Shown here in pieces: positions 1-9,199 of a stretch of 20,000 nucleotides of DNA. The notes beneath the pieces are model-generated. The model made no database searches. It was not told the DNA's origin and saw only the letters and a program-made list of their open reading frames with translations. The DNA is taken from contig MU057651.1 in NCBI GenBank assembly GCA_013265495.1, forward strand, positions 858,318-878,317. Direction: 5' to 3'. The position numbers and the translations under genes were made by a program. Position 1 is the first letter of the stretch. Each line of letters opens with the position of its first letter. Source of the DNA: Vicugna vicugna. Its lineage: Eukaryota.

Positions 1-1374
1 AAGCCAAATCCTGCTCTGGACCCCAACTGAGCCCTAGCACCCCTCCCTCCAGTCACAGTGTGTCGGCCACCAGCAAATTCTAGGACATCTGGTAACTACT
101 TCCAGATTTCTAAGAGATTAAGGGGCTTTGGAAAACTCTGTGGACCCTGCCCAGCCAATTTACATGGCTTAAGCCAGCTCCAGCTGGGGTGAAACCCTCA
201 CTGTGATTCAGAAAAAGAATAACCACTGAAGTACACGTAGGAGTCCACACCTGGCATTGTGCAAATGTTCTGGCCAGACATAAGGTCACTTGCAAACCTT
301 ACATCTCAGCTTCAACCCGCTTCTTGGTCCCTGGCCTCTCCAAACGATGAAGCCAAATTTCTATCATCCTCAGGGTTACTGTAGCCTGTACATCTCAGAA
401 TTTTGCTTGCATTTGCCTCTATGAACATTCCAGCATGAATTGCTGCCAAGCTTCATCAGACCCTCTACCTCCCCAGCAGGGGCTCAGTACTCTTTGTAGA
501 AGGAAAAATCAAGAACTCTAGCTCTGCTAGGACTCTGTAGTGTCAGTTCTGTGATGATATGAAACCCTTCCTAATTTGGATAATTCCCAGCTTCCTTGAC
601 AAACCCCCAGGGAACCTAAGGCAGTGTAGAGTTAGACTTCCAGGGCATTACACCCCTAATCAAATCCAGGAGGGTGACCAAAAACCTCCACTATTTCAGA
701 ATGATTCCAGACAATTCCTGTATCTGATAATGACCGGCAGCTTGTACCACACCTCAGCTTTTCAAACAACTGAAGAACCAGGATCCCACCAGACTCTCTG
801 TTTTCAGACTCTCTGGCTTCATTGTTACTGCTTCTCTACACCATCAAGTCCTTGATTCAGCTGCCCTGGACCTGCTACAGCAATGCTTACACTGGTACAT
901 GAATATTTTACAAATGGAGAGTTCCTTGACCTCTTTCTACCTGCCCAGGGCGTCTGCTTGGAGTCTGGTAAGAAAGAAATCCACTAATTTGGAGAAGGAG
1001 CCCTCTGAACCGGGCAATTCCTGCCTTCCACCGGGTACTCTTTCAGCTTTCTCTGCTTGCTGTTGTCCTGATCCCTCCAAGTACCAGGAAGCAATTTAGT
1101 TGGGGCCAGAGCCTACACTGGAGAGGGCTAGAGCCTTCTATCACACAAAGCTGGAAAAGGCTACCTTTAGGAAGGCTGGGCTTGGGAAGAGGGTAGCAGG
1201 GGTGTACTCTAGCCCTTTGCAACCTGGAGCCTTCAAGCCAGCTGGCGGCTCCTGCCCCATGCGGGCCACTGCCACCCATCAGCAACACCATTCTGGGTCC
1301 ACCCTTTGTTTACAGCCTAGGTACAATCTACCTCCTTACAGCTCTGTGCTCAACCCTATGTTTTTAAAATGTTA

Positions 1375-1625
1375 AGTATTCTAACAAATACTTTTCGTGA
1401 CACCTATGTGCCAGGCCCCATTCTAAGCTCTTTACAGATAATAAATCATTCTATTTTTACAACAATTCTCTGCCATAGGTACTATTTTTATTTCCATTTT
1501 AGAGATGGGGAAACCAAGGCACTGAGAGATAAAGTAACTCACCTGAGATTAAACCGCTGAAAGCAGCAGTCAGAATTCAGACCCAGGAAGCCTGGCTCCA
1601 CCTTCCAAGGGCTTAACCACCATGT
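1375..1625 (-). mobile_element. MIR SINE, near full length
   Basis: Reverse complement of MIR core and tail: ctatgtgccaggcc...ccattttagagatggggaaaccaaggcactgagagataaagtaact...gaattcagacccagg...gcttaaccac. Confidence 0.9.
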
Positions 1626-1779
1626 GGGGCGATGATTTCCCTTTTAAGTTCTAGCCCACAATTCCCACTTTGCGTTTCATTTGTTCCCACCCATTCTAGA
1701 AAAGTGTCCTGCCTCTTGCCACCCAGCCACCAAGACTTCACCCAAGCAGAGTGTCAGGAGAACTGGTCGTCTCTCCCCA

Positions 1780-2150
1780 CCCCTCGGCCCCCAGGTGTAG
1801 TGAGGCTCCCTGATTGGGATTCAAACACAGGCGCGGGGACGAGGGGAGGAGCAGGATGCGGGGCTGAACTGGAAACCCTGGCGGTGGGGAAGAAGGAGAG
1901 GTAGCAGATACAAGAGGAATCTCCTAGGAAAAATCAGTGGGATTGTGAGGTGTGAGGAGGAAGAAATCAAAGAGCATCTCCAGACTTCTTCAGAGGTCAT
2001 CTTCTGGCTTGGGTGACTGAGCAGGTGGGTGGTGACGCCAGACGGAAGAGCTTATTGGCAGGGAGGGGCGTGAGAACAGCAGGCACCCACGGCGCATGCG
2101 CCATCCCAGGTTGCAGGCGGGCACTGATCGGTGTGCTCATTTCACCGACG
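1780..2150. promoter_or_regulatory. GC/CpG-enriched promoter- or enhancer-like element
   Basis: NRF1 palindrome GGCGCATGCGCC 2091-2102, GC box GGGAGGGGCGTG 2061-2072, reverse CCAAT boxes at 1810-1817 and 2054-2058, ETS core CGGAAG 2043-2048, CRE half site TGACG 2033-2037; CpGs locally retained. Confidence 0.5.
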
Positions 2151-2262
2151 GAGGGCATGTGAGCCTCTGAGATTCGAAGGAACTTACCCAAAGCCACACA
2201 GTAAGTAGCCAGGCCAGAATGTAAACCCAGTTCTGTCTGACTTCACGTCTGCGTTTTAACCA
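2130..2262 (-). mobile_element. MIR fragment
   Basis: aggaacttacccaaagccacacagtaagtagc...gaatgtaaacccagttctgtctgact...ttttaacca resembles the reverse-complemented MIR 5' half. Confidence 0.7.
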
Positions 2263-2685
2263 GCTGGATGGAAGGAAATCAGCCTGTATTCAGACCCCTC
2301 CCCTCGCTCTGCTTGCCCCCGTCAACCCCGGTTGTCGTCTGTCTTAATGCTTCCTTATTTGCTGCCTTTCCAGAGCCTTAATTTTGGTTTAGGCCCCGAC
2401 ACTGGCTGCCTACCTGGCTGTGACTCCTAGCCTTTCTCCAATCTTCAGCGTGTGGATAACTGCCCTCCTACCGTCCCCCCCAGCCCCCGCGAGTCCCCAC
2501 TCCACCCCTTCCCCGCATTGCTTCATCCAGACTCATGACTCAACGGGATCTACAAGTTCTAAGACCCTTCTCCATCCCTCCCCACCCCAACTCTGAGTCT
2601 CCATTCTTGGATTCTTCTCTTCCAGCCTCACCCTGTTAATGCCTCTCAGGGCTCTGACTCAGTTTCCCCCTTGAAATTGTCTGTA

Positions 2686-3304
2686 TCAGGGGATTCTCGA
2701 ATCCGGTGCTCTGCATGTATCTGAGTGTGCAGGGATTGGTTCCACAAGGCGGGGAGCCCTCCTAGTTATCTAGTAAAGAGAGGCTAGATGTCCTCAACAT
2801 CGCTGGACCGTCCCACACAGCAAAGAATGCCCTGGCTTCTGCCTAACTTTTGAATGCCCCCTCCCGCACCCAATCTGTCATGTAGATTTAAAAAAAAAAG
2901 TCTGTTTATAATGATCTGTGCTTAGAACATAACTCTGCTTTACACATTAACACAAAACATTTTTTTGCATGGTTTTAGTATATGCTTGAAATTTCCCAGA
3001 ATACAACTAACCATGTAAATTGAGAGAAAATTGAACTTTGTTTTGTTCAGAACTTTCCCAAGAGCTATTTAACATTTTTTAAGATCAAGTGGCTGACAGC
3101 AATGCTGCTTATGGTAATTGAGTCACTAATGCAATGCCCTGTGAGGGTCTGCATTTGTAGCATAACTTGTACTTGTGGTGTTTCTACCCAAAGGTGCAAG
3201 TTTCTTCCTGTTTCCTTAGGTCTTCTAGTGTGGTGTGGCCTAAACCTTTACTGATGGGTTAGTTATAAACACTTTCCTTTATTTCTCCTTAACACCACAG
3301 GTAG

Positions 3305-3354
<50 letters not shown>

Positions 3355-3490
3355 TTCTTTCTCTCATGCATACACATATACACACAAATACATAAAATTA
3401 TGTGTATAGTAGGTACACTACATTGTCCATGATTTTTCTTGTTTCATTTCAGGATAGCAAAAGGGTTGTGGCAAATTATTTGTTAAAAAT
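2686..3490 (+). mobile_element. MER20B-like non-autonomous hAT-Charlie DNA transposon
   Basis: Long colinear similarity to the recalled MER20B consensus (ctgtttataatgatctg...aacacaaaacatttttttgcatggtttt...tttgttttgttcagaacttt...tctgcatttgtagc...tttcatttcaggatagcaaaaggg). Confidence 0.8.
3309..3350 (+). repeat. (CT)21 microsatellite inside MER20B
   Basis: Perfect CT dinucleotide run read directly. Confidence 0.97.
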
Positions 3491-3527
3491 GCCAGCACAG
3501 TGCCCAGCACTGTTTCAAATTCTTTTT

Positions 3528-4020
3528 TAATTAATTAATTTTTATTGAAGTACAATCAGTTTACAATGTTGTGTCAATTTCTGGTATACAGCATAATGTT
3601 TCAGTCATACATGTACAGACATATATTCGTTTTCATGTTCTTTTTCATTATAGGTTACTATAAGATATTGACTACAGGTCCCTGTGCTATACAGTATGAA
3701 CTTGTTGTTTATTTATTTCATATATAGTAGTTAGTATCTGCAAGTCTTGAATTTCCAATTTATCACTTCCCACCCCCTTCCCCCAGTAACCATGTTTGTT
3801 TTCTATGTCTATGAGTCTGTTTCTGGTTTGTAAATAAGTTCATTTGTGTCTTTTTTTTTTAGATTCCACATATAAGTGATATCATATGGTATTTTTCTTT
3901 CTCTTTCAGGCTTACTTCACTTAGAATGACAATCTCCAGGTCCATCCATGTTGCTGCAAATGGCGTTATTTTATTCTTTTTTTGCTGAGTAGTGGTTTAA
4001 TTGTATAAATATACCACAAC
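3528..4020 (-). mobile_element. L1 3' end (artiodactyl/camelid-type), 5'-truncated
   Basis: T-rich tail, then tttattgaagtacaatcagtttacaatgttgtg...ccctgtgctatacagta...tagattccacatataagtga...ttacttcacttagaatgacaatctccaggtccatccatgttgctgcaaatggc (L1 3'UTR plus ORF2 end); flanked by ttctttt at 3520-3526 and 4021-4027. Confidence 0.93.
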
Positions 4021-4027
4021 TTCTTTT

Positions 4028-4200
4028 ATATGTATATCTCACTTAATCCTCACAAAAACCAAGTGAGATGAGGATTATTTTCACTTTTATTTTGCAGATA
4101 AAGAAATAGAGGCACAGAGAGGCAAAGTAACTTGCCAAGGTCACACAGCTCGTAGGTGATAGAGTAACAATCTGAACCCAAATCTGTTTGACTCCAAATG
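4028..4200 (-). mobile_element. MIR (main part; its 3' tail at ~3497-3520 is separated by the L1 insertion)
   Basis: ttaatcctcacaaaaacc...ttttgcagataaagaaatagaggcacagagaggcaaagtaacttgccaaggtcacacagct. Confidence 0.9.
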
Positions 4201-4816
4201 CAGTGAGCATTCAGTTGTTGGCATATGCAGTAGATTATCTGTCCTGTTTCTTATTAGTGTTAGAACGAACTCAGGACAATTCTAAGGGTAATATATTGCA
4301 AAATTCTTTGAAGATTCCTAGCAAAGTACAGAGAACCCCAGGAGGATGGCAAATACTCATGTGTACATTTGGGTATGTTTCTTTAACACGGATACAGCCA
4401 GTCAAGTGACTTGAGTCAGATTGAAAGCTGTCTTGTTCCTCAATTGTTTCTTGCATCCAATCAGATAGTATCAGGCCCAAAAGTAGCTCTGTGCCAACCA
4501 CACGTTCCATTTGAAAAAATAAGGTATGTTATTTGATGTTGAATGTGACCGAACAGATTCCATTTGGACTCTCCTGGGAAACCCCCACCCCATCAGCAAC
4601 CAGCCGGGTCCATAGGACTTAGGTGACTCCTAATTGAGATACTCAAACCTTTATTGTTCTCAATTAGCAAGATATATCGGGTGAAAATGCACGTCACACA
4701 TTTGCCTTATTCAGAGAAATTGGCCATTCATCCTGTTCTGTGTAGGTGCAGCCTCAGCGGTTTTCTCCACGCCCCAAGGGAGAACCGCAGAGCTCATGCT
4801 CAAGCATCTCTGAACT

Positions 4817-4835
4817 CTACCACTAGATGGCAGCG
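4817..4835 (+). promoter_or_regulatory. CTCF binding motif
   Basis: CTACCACTAGATGGCAGCG matches the CTCF core CCASYAGRKGGCRS, in non-repetitive DNA with many retained CpGs (~4670-5095). Confidence 0.7.
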
Positions 4836-5047
4836 TTCTCCAAGCTTTGAGTCGCATAAAAGGCCAGCTTTATTTAATGCCATTTTTTTCATGCGTCATA
4901 GGTCGAATTAACAATCTTTCCTGCCACCAGAAGAATGCCCAGATGTTTTCCAAGCTGCAATTTCGGGAATGTAACTTGCCTTTGGCAACTTGTTGACGTT
5001 GGAACAGTAACCTTAATCCTGTTCGGTACAGCTGGGTTTCCTCTGTT

Positions 5048-5400
5048 TTCGTTCAAATACTCATTGAGCACATACTATGTCGCAAACACTACGCTAGATT
5101 TTGGGGGTACAGAGATGAAGCCAAATAGGTTTGGCTCTTAAGAAAAGCACGGTCTAGTTGAGGAAACTGATGCCTGAACAAAACATTTTTATAGTAATAT
5201 CCTAAGCACGGGATGGGGTACCCACCTCAATCTGGAGGCTCAGGGAGGTCCTTCTGGAACAGGTGACACTGAAAGCTGAAGCTTGAATAATGGGCAGATA
5301 TAAGCAAGGGAAGAATATGGGAATGGGGATTTGGGGCAGAGGAAACACAGAGCAGAAAGCTTGCAAGCCTGTGGTGTGTGCTGAGGAACTAGGTGGGAAA
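5048..5400 (-). mobile_element. L2 LINE 3' fragment
   Basis: ttcgttcaaatactcattgagcacatactatgt...gggtacagagatgaa...tctagttgagg...tcagggaggtccttctggaacaggtgaca...ggcagaggaaacac is typical of the reverse-complemented L2 3' end. Confidence 0.75.
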
Positions 5401-5619
5401 TGCCAGGCACAATAAGAGAACACTGTATGAGGGTTCGGGGTAGGTAGAGGTCTCGTCGAGGAATGCAATAATCATGTCACAACTAGGTACCGATTTATAA
5501 GACCATCTGCTCCTCCCATCTACTTCCTGAGATAAGAGCATCACAATCTTACCTTGAAAAGGAGCGATCTCTTCATTTCTCACAACCCCGTGTTGCAATG
5601 AAAAATAACTTTGGCAGAC

Positions 5620-5828
5620 GTGTCTTGAGCCTTTGCTAAGTACTGAACACTGTGCTACGAGCTGCTTCATGCCTGGCTTTTTTTCATATCAGCAATAATT
5701 CTATGAGGTGGATACGCTGATGCTATTTTTAGCTTCATTTTACAGATGAGGAAACCTAGGTTCAGAGAGGTTAAGTGACTTGCTCAGGATCACACAGCCA
5801 GCAAGTGATGGAGCAGGAATTTGAATAG
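5620..5828 (-). mobile_element. MIR
   Basis: cattttacagatgaggaaacctaggttcagagaggttaagtgacttgctcaggatcacacagccagcaagtgatggagcaggaatttgaa. Confidence 0.92.
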
Positions 5829-5961
5829 AAGCATTTATTAGGTACAGAGGAAGTACAGGAGAGAGAGAGAATCACTGATAATGTCAGTAAGCATGGGCTG
5901 ACAGTGACAAGGAAGACTTTCTGGCAGAGGTAGTGCTTAAGCTGGGTTTAGCCAAATGGAT

Positions 5962-6150
5962 AATAATAATTAATGAGAATAGTTAATATTTTTGAATATG
6001 CAGAGACTCTGTGCTGAGTGTTTTATAAGTATGACCGTTAATCGTTACGACAACCCTAGTATTCTCCCCATTTACAGATGAGGACACTGAGGCACAGAGA
6101 AGTTAACTAACTTGTCTAAGTTCACGTGGTCAGTAAGTGGCAGAACCTGG
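5962..6150 (-). mobile_element. MIR, with degraded L2-like sequence on both sides
   Basis: ccccatttacagatgaggacactgaggcacagagaagttaactaacttgtctaagttcac...agtaagtggcagaac. Confidence 0.9.
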
Positions 6151-6294
6151 TGGGGCCAGGAGGCCTTGAGTGAGTGGTGGACATGAGTGAGGACATTTCA
6201 GGAAGAAGATTCAACGGCAGGGCATGATCTGACCCGGAAGGTTGGGAACTCAGAGCAACTTGGAATGGCTTGAATAGAAAGGAGGCTGCTAAGA

Positions 6295-6358
6295 GGTCAG
6301 AACTGTGAGACTGGAGAGGCTCGCGGGGTCAGAACTCTGAGACTGGAGAGGCTCGCGG
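6295..6358 (+). repeat. 32-bp tandem duplication (2 copies, 1 mismatch)
   Basis: GGTCAGAACTGTGAGACTGGAGAGGCTCGCGG (6295-6326) followed by GGTCAGAACTCTGAGACTGGAGAGGCTCGCGG (6327-6358). Confidence 0.95.
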
Positions 6359-6595
6359 GAGCTATATTGTGAAAGGCCTTGGGTGCACCTTGGACTTGAC
6401 ATTCAAGGAGCAGGAGGTGGGGAAGCCCCGGAGAATTGTCAAAGGGGAGAGATCTAATCCTCCCGATACAATTTTTTCCTTTCACCTGCAGGTAACTCCT
6501 CCTGCAACACAGACATCAGGCCAAAGCTTGTATTTTTTCTAAATGTGCATAACTGTACATTTCCAGATGCTAACCGTGGCAGCAGTGCTCGAAGA

Positions 6596-6783
6596 CAGAG
6601 GTGCTCCCCATGAGGCCCCTGGCCCAGCAGCGTCGACCTCAGCTGGAAACGGGTTAGAAGTGCAGTTTCTCCAGCCCCATCCAGGACCTACCGAAACAGG
6701 AACTTCAGAGGGAGGGCCTAGCAATTTGTGTTTCCACGAGCCTTCAGGTAATTCTGAGGTACACTAGTACTTGAAAACCACTA
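6596..6783 (+). mobile_element. MER5A hAT-Charlie element
   Basis: ccagcagcgtcgacctcagctggaaacgggttagaagtgcag...gcctagcaatttgtgtttccacgagccttcaggtaattctga...ttgaaaaccact is colinear with the recalled MER5A consensus. Confidence 0.88.
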
Positions 6784-6917
6784 TCTTCTACTGTGGCTTC
6801 AATATCACATGTGTGCGAGATTTATTTCCTCTCCAGCTCCTTGAGGTCAAGAGCCATGTCTTTTATCGCCTGGCCCTCCACCTCCATCTCCTGCCCCGTG
6901 ACCCAGAACACCATGCA

Positions 6918-7075
6918 TATGCCAGCTCTGGTGCTGACTAGCTGGGTACAAGTCCCTTATTCTTTCTATGCCCCAGTTTAATCATCTGTAAAATGGGAGT
7001 AATAATAATAATACCTAGCTCATTCGGTTGTTGTATCAAAAGAGTTAATGCAGGTAAAGCTATTAGGGCAGCTTT
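6918..7075 (+). mobile_element. MIR
   Basis: tgccccagtttaatcatctgtaaaatgggagtaataataataatacctagctcattcggttgttgt. Confidence 0.85.
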
Positions 7076-7345
7076 GCTTTTCTCACATTAAGTACTTAAT
7101 TTTATATATGATGCATTAGTGGTACTTGGTGTTCAGTAGGTATTAGTGAATTGATTCAAGGAGAGTAGGTTTAAACAAAGAGAGGAGAGACCAAGAAAAG
7201 TCAGATGGGCTAGTAGCGCAGAGAAAACAAGACAAGAACATGTGTTTCAGACAGATTCAGGCTGCCCCACAGGCCATCCTAGCTCTCCGGGACCCTTTGC
7301 AGGGAGTCAGAGAGAAGGAGGAAGGGAAGAGAGACCAGAGAGGCC

Positions 7346-7601
7346 TGGTTTCATTGTATGAAATATGCAGAAGAGACAAAGCTATGGAAACAGAAAGGAG
7401 GGTGGCGGGTGGGACTGGAGTGTGTCTGCTGGTGGGTAGGGGGATTGCTTTTGTGGGGGACGAAAGTGTTTGGGACTAGCTAGTGGGCGTGTTTTCACTT
7501 CGTGAATATACTCCAAGCCACTGGACTGTAGACTTTCAAAGGGTCGATGTTACAGTGTGTGAATTCTATCTCAATTTTTTTAAACTGTTAAAAAAAAAAA
7601 A
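7346..7601 (+). mobile_element. Old L1 (L1MB/MC-type) 3' end with poly-A tail
   Basis: tatgaaatatgcagaagagacaaagctatggaaacagaaag...gtgaatatactccaagccactggactgtagacttt...gtgaattctatctcaa followed by an A-tract. Confidence 0.8.
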
Positions 7602-8467
7602 CAACCCAAATAAGCCTAGTTGAGCTGAGAAGAGAAGTCAGGACCTTTTCCATTAAGCCCCAGGAAACCAGGCCCAGAGCAGGTGCAGAACTGAGACCAA
7701 GAAAGAAAGAGTCTTGTGGCTGGATTTTGTTCTAATTTATTTGCTTGCCACCTAGGGGCACCCAACTCATTTCCTGTGTCATTATTTCTAAAGACATAAA
7801 GAAAAGCCTGACGTGTTCATTAAGACCCACCATATCAATGTCATAAAATTGAACTGCAAGAGAAAGGCATAACCTGATTGTAATAAAAGTGCAACCCCAG
7901 GTTGGCACATCATGGGGAATCTCACAAACGTGCGTCACGTGCATGAGTTCAACGTGGGTGAAAATATCAATCTTTATTCTTTCCCCTAAGGCCTCAGGCA
8001 GCATAACCTAGTCAAATAGTCCTGGAAGATCTAATTATATCCCCACTTAATTTTCCCTCCCAGCTTTTTAGAGTTTCCAAGAAAATCATTCAACGATTAC
8101 TTTGCTGAGTGATAAAAGCAGCCTCATGCCTTTGTAATACAGGATGGATGAATTAGGACTTGGGGAACTTCTGAAGTTTTGATATATGCTCAACATTGTT
8201 AATTGTGGTAGGAGAGGCCACTTTATTTTATTAAAGATAGTCTAAACATGTCTGCTTTATAGAACCTCTCTGTGAGAAGATTGCTTACTGCCAAGAGAGT
8301 TCTACCAGGAAAATCTAAGACACGAAGCAATGAATGCTGGGAAAAGTAATTTAAATGAAGGCAAAGAGGAGGACATACAGTCTAGTGGCTAAAGGAAAGG
8401 ATGCCATGTGCCACAAACCTAATTTTATTAGGTCTCAATCCTAAACCAAACTAAAAAATATGAATTT

Positions 8468-8885
8468 GCATAGTATAAGGGTTGAGCACGTGGATTCTAG
8501 AATTAGGCTGCCTGGGTTCAAATATTGATTCTGTTCTCCTGACTTCCCTAAGACATTAGTCCATTTCTTTCTTTCATAGTCATTTCCATAATCTTTACTG
8601 TTATGACCTCAGTCCCACTAGATTCTAAGTTCTGTGGATAAGGCAAGGGGCATGTCTGCCTTGTCATATAGTAAATACTTAAAAAATATTTGTAGAATTG
8701 ACTAGAACCCTTAGTTTTGTGTCCTGGGCAACTTACCTCCCTAAGTCTTGGGGTGTTTTTCCATCTATCAATTGAGGATGATTGTCATAGCCACTTAATA
8801 GGGTTGTTGAGAGAAATCTACATAAAAGCACAGTGCCTGGCACCCAGCAGGAGCTCCAAAAATGTTCCCTATTGTTATTATTATA
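8468..8885 (+). mobile_element. MIR interrupted by an L2 3' fragment (~8545-8705)
   Basis: MIR 5' part (ggttgagcacgtggattctagaattaggctgcctgggttcaaat) and 3' part (tgtgtcctgggcaactt...agggttgttgagag...agcacagtgcctggcacccagcaggagctc) flank an L2-like piece (cccactagattctaagttct...ggcaaggggcatgtctgcctt...aatatttgtagaatt). Confidence 0.75.
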
Positions 8886-9080
8886 AAGGAGATTTTCTAC
8901 ATAAGCAGTACACGGCTACTGGAACAGGCAACTGAATAGGCTGGAATCTTTTCTTTAAAAGTGGTGTTTTCTTTGTTTGAAAAAATCATCTGAAACAACC
9001 CTACAAAGAGTGTTAACACATAAATTCTGCATCATGGATACTTTGGTGTTTTATTTTCGTATTCTCTATATTTTAATATG

Positions 9081-9157
9081 TGTGGTAGTTTTAAAATGTG
9101 TGGCCCCAAAATCTTTGACACTTTTCCTATAGATAAGGGGGTGACTGTCTCCTCTTG
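9081..9157 (+). mobile_element. MLT1 (G/H-like) MaLR LTR, 5' part
   Basis: Starts TGTGGTAGTTTTAAAATGTG...aaatctttgacact..cctat, typical of an MLT1G/H start; continues at ~10700. Confidence 0.7.
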
Positions 9158-9199
9158 TAGCATTTTTTTTGTTGTTGGTATTTTCAAATTGTGCTATTT

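Noticed and set aside
110..1375. Short ORFs of 61-98 aa in the first 1.4 kb
   Set aside because: No recognisable domains or homology and no coherent exon structure; lengths are within random expectation
6295..6358. 32-bp direct repeat as a CRISPR-like array
   Set aside because: Only two adjacent copies with no spacer, in mammalian DNA
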